Counted from the whole stretch's first letter, positions 9,813-24,689 are shown. The stretch: 59,732 bases of DNA, filler included, from Platydemus manokwari (GCA_037951405.1; 5 parts of 5 records of this genome joined end to end with filler, not necessarily neighbours in it); one strand, 5' to 3'. Notes: generated by a model not told the origin, from the letters alone. Made by a program: numbers and translations.

Positions 9813-12800
9813 AACTTATTATTATGATTTTTCAAAATTTCGTTTGTACTTTTTTTCAGATTTCTAAATAACTTGACAAAAAACATTACGTAACCAGGTA
9901 TCAAATAAAATTAACCAATAAAGTAATGTTTCAGAAGAATGAATTTTATTGTAAATGTCAAGTATAAAGGAAATCAGTTATGTATTAATACCAAATATTG
10001 ATAAAAAAATAATTATATCATTGTATTAACATGCTATTATAATATGAAAATTAATAGAGACTGAAGAAATAAAATTAATAATGATAATTAAAATCAAGTA
10101 GATAATTGAAAAATAGAAAAAATCATTATAAGAATCCTCACAGAGAAAACTAACAATCGTAAATACCATAGTAAACCTTAACTAGCACTTTACAAATCGT
10201 TTAAAGATATTTTTATGAACCGAGTTAACATTAGCCAAATCAAATTTGTTTTCGTTTTCAGAACACTACGGCACGAAGAGTAGTAATAATAAGACAATAA
10301 CAATACCATTGAAAGTCAAGACTATTTGAATATCAAAACTTAATAACCAATTTATTCCAAACTCTAAAATTAAAATTATTTAGTCTTTGTACAACCTCAC
10401 TAACACTACTAGTGAAACAAACGCATTTTTGATATTCTTCATAAATACTTTAAGATAACTTTCTTGTTCTCATTTTATCTTGATTGTATAGTTTCAAGTT
10501 TTCTAATATTGTCAATTTAGAATAACTCCACAAACGATTATGAACTATACTCGAGTTACATATCACAACAATCAGTAACCAAAAAGATCATCAATTTTAC
10601 TACACTAATCGCAGTCAGAAAATTAACATTGAGTACGCGAAGATTATTATTACAAATAATGTTCTAAGAAACGTATTTAAAATTTCTCGAAAAATGAGGG
10701 GCTACATTCCATATTTATAGTAATGGTTTTTATTTTATGTTTATCAAGTAGAATGTTATTTGAGATCAATTTTAGTTAATATATAATGAAAACAGCTGCA
10801 CTAAATTTTGAAGACAAGAAATTCATTCTAAAATGTTACTGAAAAACGAAAACGCAAAGACAATTTAAAATGGAATTTAAAAGAACCATCAATACGAGTT
10901 AACATTACTCGAATTAGAGATAAATTTGAAGTACATCAATGGAAAAGTTGCATACCAAGATTACTCCATGTCTTTAATGATGATCCAAACTGAATTGCAA
11001 ATAGTACATAGGACGATGTATCGAAAGTACACTTTCCCATAGCGATTGTGTAGAATGATAAGACCCCATTTAAATTAAATGATTCTACCTTAACCCTATT
11101 GGAGATCTGTATGTCCGCATATTATGGTGATCCACAGAGTAAAGTTACCATTAATTACAGTGGCATCAAGATGATTAACTTATGATCCTACAGCAACTAG
11201 CCCAGTTCATTTGAACTTCCTCCAACAATCTGCCATATCAAGTATTAGAAAACTTTGAAGATGAGTTTAATTTTCATTAAGATAGGATAACCCCACATTA
11301 GCATTGCGATATTAGATCCTTTCTTCATGAGAAAAAAAGTAGCTTGAAGGGAATTTTCGTTTAATAACATTTGTATTCACCAGGTCTCACCATTAGACTT
11401 TATGTGGATATATAATGGCTGGCAACTTTCACTAAATTGGGAGCAACCATGGAACGCGAATGCTATTAAATACCTAGGGAATTGTTGTGTGATTTGTGTG
11501 TGATTTCATTGCTTCAGGTTTTTAGACCAAAACAGATGCTAGTTTGAGAACAAATGCTGACTAAACAATAAAATGATGTCCATAAATTCTATTACATTTT
11601 GTAAAATAAATGAATTTTAACAGACAATAATTTAAAGTGTGTATATGGCCAAACGAAACATTTTATGTCCATCGTTTAACGCAATATTAAAGAACGTATT
11701 AAAAAATAAATGAAACTTTCTTGATATTGATTTGATAATAAAATATCTTAGTTTAAATACTACCAAATTATCATCTCAAGAAAGCTCACAGAATTCCTGT
11801 AAAAAAAATCAATTTTCAAATGAATCATTTATTTATCTTCTAACGTAATATGTCCCTATCAGATAATCTTAAAAATATGGTAGTTTATTTTTATCTTTAA
11901 TTTCATTCAATATATTAATTAATGAGTGATCGTAAGACGAATAACTATTATAATTGTTTTGATTTCGTTAATTTTCCATTTGATTATATATTGTAATAGT
12001 CTGATTCAATTAAGTATGCCGATAAACATGTACATTACATCTTTATTCATAATATCAAGTAGAAAATGTTAACATTGTATAGCATATATATATATAACAA
12101 TTACTAATTTTACAAAATAACTATAAGTTAAAGGTAAACAAATCTAATTAAAATAAATTTATCATCTATTTATGATCAGTGATAATTCAATAACCTGTGA
12201 TTCTGAACATTCGAAGAATACAAAAAGTAAAGTAAGTTGTAAAACAATAACATAATTAAGGTTATTTTTTGAAAACAAACATATGGTCATAACAAGAACT
12301 AGTTGCACCGTAACCACAAAAAGCAAAAATAATATAACATGTTATATGTAAATTTTTAAGGAAATCGATTAAAGCAAGTAACAATAATAAAATACTTAGT
12401 AAAATAACCTAAATCAAATATTGAACAAACAATTACAATAAAATATTCCTGAGAGGAAAATTATGTAGGTAACAAAACTTTAAGAAAAATATAGAAATAC
12501 TTATTGAAAATTTTTAGTGAAAATATAATTTTGATTAAGGTTGATGAATCAATAGACAATTACATAATATCACAATAGTGATGGAATATCAGGATATTTA
12601 GTTTGACAAAATGTTCAATGTATTGGATGTGATTTATAAGATAAATTTACGATTAATTATTACTTTTAAACTTTTATTGCATGAACCATGATGAATAAAG
12701 ATAATATAAATTTTAATTTGTAATTAATAAATTAAATGATAGAATAAAAGAAATAATACTAATTTTAAAAAAATAATAAAAATTATTTCAAAAATACATA

Positions 12801-13080
12801 AATCAATAAATAAAACTATTTGGTAATTTTTAATAGTTTAATAAAACAATTAACTGATTAAATTAAGAACATATCATTGAGAAAAAATTGCTGAATCGTA
12901 AGAAACAAACACACTTGGTGAGTTAAAAATAAATGAAGACGAGAATATGATAACCAAGAGTAGCACAAACATTGAGTAACAGCTGACGTGGAATCTAAAA
13001 GGCGATATGGTTTAAAAATATGTTTACATAGATGCGTTTCGGCCGTTAAAACTCATTAATGCTTGTTGTATAAAATATCA

Positions 13081-13160
13081 TTTAAAAATACACCTACTTT
13101 AAAACACTTGAAATTATTTAGCAGTTGTTCCGGGTAAAATATTAATCATTCGTTAATCCA
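13081..13160 (+). mobile_element. Possible DDE DNA-transposase scrap
   Basis: LKHLKLFSSCSG*NINHSL resembles the LHLFSDxCxGQNKN motif of animal DNA transposases. Nothing else recognisable. Confidence 0.25.
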
Positions 13161-15409
13161 ATCAAGAGGATGGATGTAGAACCTTAAATGCAGTGTTCAA
13201 AAGCTGTCTTTATCCATTTACTACAGAAATCATTCGATGCAAATTAACAAATTCAATAATTGTTTTGTTAATTCTAGTTGCTGCAGATTTTAGAAAATGT
13301 TTTATTAACTGATTTCAATGTTCTCGTTTCTTGATTTATTCAAAACGAAAAGCCATTGGATTTATTTAAGTTCGCATTAAATAAGTATGAAAATAAAAAC
13401 GATATCTGTGATAACATTAAAATTTACAAAGTTAATTGAATGATCATTTCGAACAAATAAATCTAAAAACCAACTCAAAAAACGCTAATTATTTAGCGAT
13501 ATTATGTAAGTTTAAAGTTCATAAAGTAAGCATCTGTTGTTAATAGTTTCTAAAACTAATTTCTAAATTGAGTACAATAAATATCATTCATTAAAATGTG
13601 CGCTGTGAAAAAATCTTTATTTTTACAATCACAAAAAATTGCAATTTAAAATTTTAACTAAAGGCCCTATATAACACTTCTATGATATAATATTTAATAC
13701 TTTCAGTAATAAGTAATTAATTTATAGATCATTTTTAAATTTAACAGATTCAATGTTTCGATGAATGAAATCAAGTAATATTATTAATGTAGATCATCAT
13801 AAATAGTGATTAAGTATCCAGATAGTGAGTCATAATGTAAGTCTGCAAGTCACTAAAAATACTTGGAAAAATGAGGGAAAAAAATAAAATAAAGTATAAA
13901 GAACATAATAATATCAAAATTGAAAAACAATTAAGGAAATATGCAAAAACATAAACATTAATTACATAAAACATTTTATTAAAAATTGTAATCAATTTTA
14001 TCTTGAATTTTAATTTTCGAAAACATACCTATTGCAACTGAGTAGTTAATTGGTCATTTGAACAAAGATTCAAGATGTCCTATTTAAGAATTTAAAATTC
14101 CCTAAATTCATAACATTTAAACAAACTTATTCAAAATTCTATACTAGAGAATCAGAACTTAGTTCTTAATTTTGTCTCGTTATTTACAAAGTATAAATGC
14201 TTTATTTTTGCCTGCTTATAATAATTACCAATAAAATTTATGATTCTTTATATACATTCCTAAAAAAGCATATTTAATGTGTATTATTTTCTTCAATGCC
14301 AATTTTTAAACGTTATCTAATTAAGTTTTCTTACTTGATTTAAATTTCAATATTTAATTATAATTAATTTATAAAATAAACACAAAATGTATGATAAAAA
14401 GCATTACTTAAAATTGAATCAATTGTTACAAACCAGTGAGATATGATATGAATTTGTATCTTAAATATAATAAGAGTATTAACTTTTTGTAATAATTAGA
14501 TAAGAATAAGACAAGTTGAAAATATCTGTGATGTCAGCCAATACTAAATTTAAATGCTTTCAGATACAATAAATTAAATTATTTTGAGAAACCTCTATTT
14601 CCTATATATGGATTCATGCATCAGATTTTTTTTCATTTATTCTGATATTATGTGTATTATTTTGTAAAGTTTGAAATTTCGTATTAATCTCATTCTTAGT
14701 ATGTTGTGGATCTGAGGAAACCAGCGAAGCCATTAATATTTTTGTAAATGCATTTTAGTAATTTACATGAAAATTTGGATGAATAAAAGTATTAAAGCTT
14801 TTTATTATCCAAGTATATCTTATTTATAATTTCTAATAATATGATTTTTGGATCAATTTCTGAGAATCTAGAAACAAAAACACGAGAAAGTCAAAGGGAA
14901 TTACAATGAGCAATTTAGTAATAGGCTCGAATGTATACATAACTATACATCCGTAGCAGTCGGTCAATTAGAGATGGTGCAATTTGAAAATTCCAATTAC
15001 ATCTTCAATTGGTAAAAAAGCAATTGGACAAAATGATGTAGAAAATCGGAAAGAACTTTTGGTTCACCCTAATATTAAATTTATTATATTTCTTATTATT
15101 TTTCTATCTGTCTTGTTATTATTTATTATTGCTATTTTGTAATATTTAACTTGATATTAATTATTGTTCATTTGCTTATATTAATTATTATTTATTTAAT
15201 TTCATTATTTATTACTTATTTATTTCTCTTCGTATCTTCATCTCCACCGGATTTTAACATAAAAACAATAATAATTATAGAGCGCAAATAATAAATTAAC
15301 CAACTAGGATAACATATAAAACACAATGTTTATTAATTAGAGTGAAAGCAATTAATCAGAGTAAAAGCAGTTATTGTTATTGATCACGATTGTTAATTTC
15401 GAATAATAT

Positions 15410-15638
15410 TGTTGGCATAGTTGGCTGGCATTGTTGATTTGATTTATTGTTGATTTGATTTATTATTTGATTTATCGGTAGTAGATCAGTCCATACTCGG
15501 GGTCAATGTATATTTTTGGGGTTTAACATATGCACGGGTGTTTATTATATTTGGCTATATTCTATATACATGGGTTATTTTTCGGTGTATCATTTGTGGG
15601 GTGTTTGTAGGGTGTTTGTAGGATGTGTATATCCAACA
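15410..15638. repeat. Solo LTR, 229 bp
   Basis: Termini TGTTGG...CCAACA with flanks ATAT/ATAC (3/4 TSD match). Confidence 0.6.
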
Positions 15639-16202
15639 ATACTACTAACGATTGTCAAATATTTTAATTCAAGCAAACAGTGTTTAAAGCAGATATTTGT
15701 ACTATGCTTTTGTGTTATTTATAGAGCCTGTGATTACCCATTTTTTATTTATAAAATGAATTTCCATTTTCATAGTGGATGTTAGATCATTGACATTAAC
15801 TGTAAGTTATCATCTTTGTTGTTAAATATATGACATTATTTGTGTTATTGGAAATTTTATTGAAATTTTTAATTTACCCTAACTTCAACTTCAAAATTAA
15901 ACTGCAAGGCGTGCCGGCTAGTTGCTTAGACAAGCCTCTCTGGATTAATGAAAGCGGAGAACCAAAGATTGAATCGCTTATGAGAGTTTTGAAGACGTCA
16001 AGGCCTCTAATTGCCATGGGTATTCAGTTAGTTATTGCGACAACAATAAAAATTGCTTTTCGCATTCAATATCTTAATAATTTGGCTTAAATAATAAGTA
16101 AAATTAACACAGTAAACGGATAAGAAATAATATTAAAATTTTTCCGAATAAATGTCCAAATAATATTTTACATTGAGACATGGAATTTCAATTTTGTGCA
16201 CT

Positions 16203-16620
16203 TGTAACATCGTGCTCGAGAAATTATGAGCAGAGTGAGTAATATCACTTGTTTTTATACAATTTCAATTTATGTCGTATGTGTGTTTTATGAGTCATGT
16301 CGCTATTTTCTATTCTATGTTTCGTATCACTTGCTACTATTGTTGTTGTCTATTTTGTATGCGTTAATATTCTTACAATTATAGTTATTTATAGTAACAT
16401 TTATGGTTATTCTATTTTTGGACATGACGTGACTTCTATATTTAGATTTTGGGTGAATTTTCATGTGGCTCTAAGGTCAGAAAACAACTAATGCGATTAA
16501 ACAAATTTCAAAAATTCCAAGCACATTTTTTACTTTGGTTTTTTATTTTACTTCAAAATTATTTTATATTTATTATTTATGTTCATTTTATTGCTCATAT
16601 GACTCGAAGGGTTTCCCACA
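16203..16620 (+). repeat. Dispersed repeat, probable solo LTR; homologue at 53597-54048
   Basis: Shared blocks gttatttatagtaac, gttattctattttt, acgtgacttctat, aggtcag, cgattaaacaaa. TG...CA ends; no clean TSD. Confidence 0.6.
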
Positions 16621-17279
16621 ATGATGCTTTTATGTAATTGACTTTACCGATACAACACCATTAGCTTCAAAATAGATTATTTTATCCGTTTATTATCCAA
16701 TTAGAATGATTTTTTTTTATCTCTGATCGTCGTGGTTTTCTTCTTGGTGAGCTTTTAAGAATAATTTTTGTCTCGGACATCTTTAATTCTTTTCCTTTAT
16801 ACGAAACATTAACTTAATAATAATAACAATAATCATTATAATAATTAGCTGCTATTTTGCGTGAATTCAAAAAGAATTAAGACGTTCAACCCAAAATACT
16901 TTTTTATATCTAAACAAGTTACCTAAAAATATTATTGATGATTTATTTTATTTTAAACCATTATTTTAAAAAATCGTGTATCAAAATCTAAAAATTCTCA
17001 AATTATATTGTTTCATCTTCATCTATTTAATTATACCTAATGTATTTAAACAACTGAAACATAACTATATATGTATGGAGTCAATTAATCGGTATATGTA
17101 TGAAATATTTTAAATATCAAACTAAATACTAAAAATTTTTTAAATAAAACCTTGAAGTACTATAATATGAAACCTTTAGTATAAAAATTAAAAATTTACA
17201 TAAATTCAAAATTCGAAGCACAAATCTAAATTAAATCAAATAAATTTCAAAATACTAAAATATAAAAATAAAATAAAAA

Positions 17280-17700
17280 TATTTTTGCGTTTTAGTCTTA
17301 GTGTTCTCTCATTTGCAATACGAACGAGCTCTTCTACATCTTTCAAGTTAAATTGCTCAATATTGAACTGAGATTCCTATATAATGTTTTTTAGTAAATT
17401 AAAATGGTTGACAATCAGTTGGGAACAAATCTTGGCACTGAATTCAAACATAGATTTGATAAATCTCAATTTTTCTTCTTTTTCTATATTAGCAATTTTT
17501 CTTAAATGAATTGATTTTGTCAGCGTATGTAAGAATACTTTTTTATTTTTGGTCAATGCTGCTGTTTCAAGAACAGGAAAATATGTGCTGAATATGAGAT
17601 CTTCGAACACCAGAACTTCGGCCAAACCAGAGTAGTTGATAAAAAAATCTTTAACTCATTTAGACTTTAACAGACAAGGTTGCTGCTTCAGATAAATCAT
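17280..17700 (-). pseudogene. Orphan coding fragment with a 36-nt intron
   Basis: The 82-aa ORF continues after removing gtcaacc...atatag (36 nt) as ESQFNIEQFNLKDVEELVRIANERTLRLKRKN. One in-frame TGA upstream. No family recognised. Confidence 0.3.
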
Positions 17701-19933
17701 AAGTTGATAATTATAAATATAAATATAAATATAAATATAAAATACAAAATAATAAAATAAAATTTAGAAAACTAAAAGTTCATATATAACACTATTGTTC
17801 AAAAACAAATATTTTAAGATAAAAGTAAAGGGCATGCCGTTTAGGTGCATCTATAAATAAAACGAAGCCGTGAACCAAGTATGAGGCTCTTGATTGATTT
17901 TATAGGACTATAATATTAGTACTAACCTTGGGTCCGAAGTTAATAATTATAACAATAAAAAATGGACTCATTGTGTTGGGTGTCATAATCAAAAATTTAA
18001 ACCTGAAAATTATATTGTTCAAAATGTTACAATCTCAATACAACAACTACAGTTAAACCTCTACACAAGATGAGATCAGCATCCAAAAGTCAAAGACAAA
18101 ATGAAAAGCAACCAAAAAACTGAAAATCATGCAAAGTTAAGATTAATACACAAGTTACCTACCAAACAAGACTGGCAGATCATTGAACGGAGAGCCGTAA
18201 GGTCCTTTTAATTGATTTTATAATTGTTGGGACGCTGCGGAGTCCAGTGACTATCAAGACAAGATGAGCAGAGCTTATATTCAGTTTTACGTAATTAGTA
18301 AACGAGTGATTGGACGAAGTCCAAGCCAATTTTAATTAAATTGTTAATCAAAATTATCGAAATGAAATGCATTAAAATTTTGAACTAGTTATGAAATTAA
18401 CTTTATTTTGTTTAAGAGTTCTTGTTGAAAATAAACTCTTCTAATTTAGGTTGATAGTAGTCGGTTTTATATAGTGGTACTTGACTCTTCTATCAATAAC
18501 AGTGGGAACTGTGGGCGTTTCCTAATTTTCTATGGTTTATTTTGTATTAGTTCTCTTTCTTTCTAAACTTATTATCATTTTTTGTTGATTTTATATTTTA
18601 TCTATACAATTATTAGATCTTCAGCTTCTTTGTATTCTAATTTTAGTACTTTTAAGTTTTTCTTCTAATTTTAGTATTTAAATACATTTTATTTGTGGAT
18701 TTATTGTATAATATTTATTTTTGGAAGGTATGGTGCCAAGTTGTTTAAAAAAGGTTATATATTATTTTAATTATTATTTATTTTAGGGAATTTGGTATCC
18801 CGCAATATCTTCCGGATTAACACATTTCAAATCAATTTTATCGTTATTTGCGATCGACATTACTTGTAAACAACAAGCAATTTATCTGTGTGTGCATTTG
18901 CATTGTATATACATTGTACCATACATAAAGGAGATGACTATCAATGAATTTAATGACACTGACAAGTCAATGACTCGATCACCAAATCATTATAGGTTTT
19001 ACAATATTTATTATCGAAACATAATAGATGTAACTGAAACAACATGATAAACAACAAACTTTGGAATAAATTTTAATTAATATTTTAGCCGATTTTCTCC
19101 CATTTAAAGATGAGAAACACATAAAAAATAGTTCAAATAAAAATGTATCTTTTAACTAGTTTTAGAATAAAAATCAAATTGAAAACTATTGTCGTCACAA
19201 AGTTTATACGATAAAATCAGATTCGAAAATGATGTTTAAGCGAAATATTCTTATCATATTCCAATAATTGACAAAGTCATTTTTCTCAACTCGCAATAAC
19301 TCACAAAGATTTCAAAAAGAAAAACAAGCGAATTAAAAAATTCTACCAAAAAGGATTTTCCTAAAATCCGCGAAAAAACCACACACACACACATATATAT
19401 ATTGCAAGTGAGAAAATGAAATTTCCATAAAAATATCAATCAACAAAAATTTATTCAAAAAACAGCAAAAGGTTTCCATAGCAACTGGTTTATCGATTAT
19501 CACAACAACTTAGACGATCAATAAATTGAACTATTTGAAATATATAAGTCAAAAATTCACAGACGGGCTCGGTCAGTGAAATCTGATTTAAAATAATAAA
19601 TCAATGAAAAAAAAAGAAAAAAAACAGAACAAATACCGTGAACGAAAAAGTGACATAAAAATGTTTATCCATTCGAATATGTTGCTCTAAAATTACAAAT
19701 CACAAATGCTCATATACAGCCTATAAGTTTGAAAATAAATTAATAAGCTTCTCGCTCGATAAGTAATCGTCGAATAATCGCCCCATTCTAACTACTCCAA
19801 TTGAAAAGAAAACAACAAAATAATTTCGACCAATAACTGCTGTTTTACGATATTGAAAAAAATCAATAAAACAAAATAACAACAAACAAAAAACCAATCA
19901 CGAACGAGATCATTTTGGGATAGAAGAGAGTAA

Positions 19934-20190
19934 TCATATTTTCCAAATCAACACATTATTACGATTGATGTCATCATCAGCAGTACCTTTAGATGGACTG
20001 CTATTCAGATTGACATAACTAGATCCTAATGCTACAATCAATGGCCCAGTAGAGCTGGTTTTAGTGGTGAAAGCTGAATCGACAGATTGCAAAGGTTCTT
20101 TAGAGAGCGATCGTATTTTAATTGTAGGTGACAAACTTTTTGTTGAGTTTGGAGTTGATGCTAAAGATGAAGGATTTGCATTGACAACTG
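19934..20190 (-). CDS. Ser/Thr-rich terminal exon of an unidentified gene truncated by the contig end
   Basis: A ttcag acceptor near 20190 is followed by an open frame VNANPSSLASTPNSTKSLSPTIK...VLIWKI*. Confidence 0.4.
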
Positions 20191-20423
20191 AAATTAATAA
20201 TGAATATAAAATCTTGCTTTTGCAATACTAAAAAATTATATTAATACAGAGACCACGAGAAATTTCTTGTCAATCACAAGCTACAACCACATTTGAAAAA
20301 GAAATGATGAAATAGTAAAATGAATAATAATAACAACGTGATGAAAATAATAATAATTATTATTATATAAAGATAATAATAAAATTTAATAAAGATAAAT
20401 AAAGAGGATTAAAAATTTTAGAC

Positions 20424-20515
20424 GTGTGAGGTTTTGTTAAAATACGATAAATAATTAAAATTTACATAAGATTATAATTATAAAATTAGAGTTAAAAGAT
20501 ATTTTTAAAAAATTA
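20424..20515 (+). repeat. Dispersed repeat, homologue at 57018-57111
   Basis: Shared gtgtgagg...aaaatacgataaataattaaaattta...atatttttaaaaaatta. Confidence 0.65.
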
Positions 20516-20615
20516 NNNNNNNNNNNNNNNNNNNNNNNNNNNNNNNNNNNNNNNNNNNNTTAATTAATTAANNNNNNNNNNNNNNNNNNNNNNNNNNNNN
20601 NNNNNNNNNNNNNNN
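20516..20615. other. Artificial contig spacer
   Basis: 44 N + TTAATTAATTAA + 44 N. Confidence 0.98.
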
Positions 20616-21289
20616 AGTTCATGAAACAATTATGTATTCATAAATTCAAAGAAACGAAATAAAAACTTAATTTTACAGAAAGCTAAGGTTGATATAATTT
20701 AGAAAATGTTGAAAAATCTTTTTATTTTAAGTAATAATAAGTCTAATTCTATCGATATTAAGTTCACATTATCAAGACCTAAACCTAAACATTAATAACA
20801 TTAGTTTTCACTTTAAAACTTTTTTTTTAATTCGGGAATAAAGTTAGTTGAACTATAATGGAAATCCGGATTTATTGGTCGAATAGATTTCGCATAATTA
20901 TTATGCAATGAAATTTAAAAATCGAAAACGTCTCAGTTTTAACCTTAAGATACCATTATTTTTCCCAACTCAACTTTATTAGATTTAATTGTTGAAAATA
21001 TGGAAAAACAAATTGTTTGTCATTTAGCTGCATTTATCGATTTAACTAGCAGATCCACAAGATACATTAATCATTCTGTTGAATTTAATAGCTATATTGC
21101 TCAACAGCCGAAAAATATGAAATAATAATAATAATAATACTGACTCATTAATCTTTTAAGGTCTTTATGTTTGTATATGTGTGTGTCTTTTATGTTGAAT
21201 TGTACGACCTACACAATGTCTGATATATTTTCTCGTTACTTGGTTTGCATTTCAATAATTTTTTATTTTTGAAATCGGAAAACAACAAA

Positions 21290-22106
21290 ATGGCTGAAGA
21301 AACTGAACATAGCATGAGAAAATCATCGAAATCTTCAAAGGAAGATGATGATTCCGAAAGACATATTGCTGCGACTGAGGAACACCAGTCTCATCGGATA
21401 GACGATAATGAAGAAAATGAAATCGAGGCACACGTAGATGATAGTAAAAGAAAATCAATAGAAGCAGAAGAGTCGAGCCCAAAACACTGTGAAGCTTCAA
21501 AGCCTAAAGACCCTATTGAAGCAACTAAGCATCGAAATGAGAAACCCGTAAAACGCAAAATTTCTTTTAAACTATTATTTTCCTGTGGTACTGCAAAAAA
21601 AGTAAAAAATTTTTATTCACTTATTTTTTCATCTATTTTTTCTGAATTTTAGTCTATAAAAATTAATCTCAATGAGGCCATAAAATCATTTAACTCGCAC
21701 ATGACCAATTTCAACGGGTTTACTGATGCAATTCTTTGTAATTCCATAACAGCTGAAGCTTATGCAACATTACCTGCTGAATTCAATATTTCCAAAGCAA
21801 ATGTGCATACTATTTTAGTAACAGATAATCGTACCGTAAAAAATGCAATTACGATATTAATTTTAGACTTTGAAACGAGAAATTGATGAAATATTTGTTG
21901 TGAACGGTCAGGAATATGAGTATACGCACGAAGAATCGAAGAATACGATATTCGGACGGTTGAAATCAGATAAATGTATGATAATTGGAATCAAATATAA
22001 CAAACGTCTAATGCTGATGGCTACTTGGTCAGATGGCATTGACAAAGCGAAAGATCAATTTTTAACCTGTTATCGAGAAATAGTTAAAGGAAATGAAGAT
22101 GTGTGA
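21290..22106 (+). CDS. Profilin-like protein with a ~105-aa charged N-terminal extension (238 aa; exons 21290-21601, 21653-21817, 21867-22106)
   Basis: Two phase-0 GT-AG introns (51 and 49 nt) join three ORFs. The C-terminal part (DAILCN..AYAT.PAEFNIS..; VNGQEYEY; TIFGR; IIGIKYNKRLMLMATW) follows the profilin pattern. Confidence 0.65.
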
Positions 22107-22739
22107 TCCGGAAAAAAATTCATTTTATGTCGATTAATTGTACTCTAATTCTTCCATCGTAACACGAAAACATGTTTTGTTTATCTGCTTTTTAAAAAAT
22201 GTAAGATTAAAAAATTGAATAATTTTATTGATTTATTCGATCTAATTGAAATAAAGGAAATCATGAATTTATTATTGTTAGCTGCTGTTATTTGGTTAAA
22301 TTTTGTATTGAACACGAATTTGAGAAGCCTACCATTCAACAAAATGAATATTTTACAATTTTTGACAATTTTAATTTCCAAATTTATTTGAAAATCATTT
22401 CAAATCTTAACATTTCCGCTTTCTTTAGAACCTTTGATTTTCTTCAATTTTTTTTAGTGAACCTTTGTTTTTTCCGCATTTTCTGGTCACAACATTAGAA
22501 GATTATATAACGATAAAAAATTATAACTTACTGTTGATATTTTGAAAATTTTAAAATTATAAAAGATATATAAAACCATTTCAATGTTTTGATTAATTTG
22601 ATGACGATTTAAAATTATGGCTTAGTATTAGAGTTATTAAATTCGTTAGGAAAAAAGGTACTATTTTCAATTTTCCTATAATTCATATTTGGATTTTATT
22701 ATTCAGACAAAATCTCTATAAAATTAAAAATATTCTCTA

Positions 22740-23180
22740 TTAATAGTAAATATCTGTGTGTGAGTTATGGTACACACTATTGGCTGTTGTTGTGTATTTG
22801 AAATTTCTTTTTCAATTTTGAAACTCCGTGTCTAATAACAAATACAGGGTCACTATATTCTGTATTCTCTTTTCTAACAGTTTTCTAACATTATATATCG
22901 AAATTCAAATTAACCATTAAATGAATATGAGAGAATTATCGATAAACCTCCTAAAACGTGGTCCGTAATTTCTACAAAAGTGTATCCAATTGTTTACATT
23001 TTTACTGAATGGTTGTATTAGTTGATTTCTCAACCGATATGTACCACGAGTGGAATCGTTTTTTATTACTATGTTAAATTTTGGATAAATATTCTCATTG
23101 CTTGATTTCTGTATTTGAAGAACTGTGATATCGAAACCTTCACATTATTATCAACGGACATAATCATGCTTTGATAAGAA
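22740..23180 (-). mobile_element. Penelope-like RT remnant
   Basis: GFDITVL (cf. SFDVxSLY) and PRFRRFIDNSLIF (cf. YxRYIDDIF) in the right order. Heavily decayed. Confidence 0.35.
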
Positions 23181-24242
23181 GGAGATAATTTTAATTTTGT
23201 TTCACTTTTACTGGATTGATTGACAACCTTCTATTTCATTATTTTTATGTTTCCGAAATATTTATGATGAGGATAGTTTATATCTATGATTTCTTTTACA
23301 TTCATTTATACATCTTAATGTATTTAATTTTTTAAAAAATACTATTTATCGATTTATAAAAATTATCATGGCAGTCTCTTTAGTTGCTAATAATTGCCTT
23401 AAATCGTAAAATAATTCTATTGGATAAATCGGAATTAATTAATTACATACTTCATTTAGTTGTAATTGCTTAATAATTTTTTTCTTTGTTCATTTTTTTA
23501 ATTTTGTAATACTTTTGTATAATTTAATGAAGGTTTTCATGGGGAGAAATTCCCGTATTAGATTATAGTATAAAATAATCTTTTAATTTTTCCGGTTTAA
23601 TTATATTTTTTTTCTACTTTTCTAAGCACTGAGTCTAATAAATTAGCTGCTAATACTGCAAGGGAACCATCGGCTAAAGTTAATTGGTTTACATTACTTA
23701 TTTTATCGACTAAACAATCTTAATGGTTAATAATTAAATTTGAATAAGTTACAACATCACATATTTTTTCAGCTAATATTATAATATTATGTTGTGATTG
23801 TTAGCATTTTAAATTGAAATAAAATTTTTAAAGATTTAATTTGGTATAAAATTTGATTTTATATAAAATTTAATTCTGCATAAAAATTTTTTGTATAAAA
23901 TCAAATTATTTTGTTTAAATAACTGTATTTCAGTTTTAAATTTTTTAAAAATTATATATTTTCAGAATGAAACATGTTTTTAATTTCAAATTTATATAGC
24001 TTATGAAAAAATTTAACATGCGTTTTCGAAATTCTCCGGATGTTTTTTATTTACAATATAATCAATGAAAAAAGGAATTTTATTGGTTTCTTTATAAAAA
24101 TAATTGACGATGGAAAAAAAATTTTAAACTTGTATTTTATATATAATTTTGATTATGTACTACTTTCTAAGATTATATTTAAAATATTTTTGTTGAAGTT
24201 GGAGATTAAAAACAACTTCATGAAAGAGACAATGATCTGATA

Positions 24243-24689
24243 TTTATTGCTTTAGGATATAATGTAGACGTTGACTGCTCGCCAACTGAGGTGAAGACTT
24301 CTTTACGTCCTGACTTAATAATCTGAACTTCGGATTGTAAAAATATGAAAAAACTTACATTTCTCGTAGATCTTAAGGTTCCACCTGATAAGGAAGAAAA
24401 CTTTAGGAATAACTTGGAGAGAAACTACCGAAAGTATGAAGACCTGGCAGTTCAAATAGCGAGGCAATCCAGAACTTCATTGAGTGTGCATGTGTTAAAC
24501 GTAGGTTGTTTAGGATCATGGGATCCACAGAATGATGGGGTCCTGAGGCGAATAGGGTTAGATAATAAGAGTTCAAATGAGTTAGCTTCAATTCTTGTTT
24601 CTAATTCTATTATAGAATCATATAGGTTATATAGATCTCACATAGCGAAGGAGGCTAGGCTTCCAATAAATAGCCCACCAATAATCTAA
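24243..24689 (+). mobile_element. 5'-truncated non-LTR retrotransposon, restriction-like endonuclease domain (NeSL/Utopia-like)
   Basis: LRPDLII*...LVDLKVP...RKYEDL...VGCLGSWDPQND.VL..IG...S..LY..H is the PD-(D/E)xK RLE signature with GSWDP. Confidence 0.8.

Noticed and set aside
13031-13059. Minus-strand ttaatgag...ggccgaaacgc as a hammerhead ribozyme
   Set aside because: The CTGATGA core is mutated and stems I and II do not form; at most a fossil.
18170-18330. Integrase-core scraps (SLNGEP, VIGRSPSQF)
   Set aside because: Too short and in different frames to support a call.
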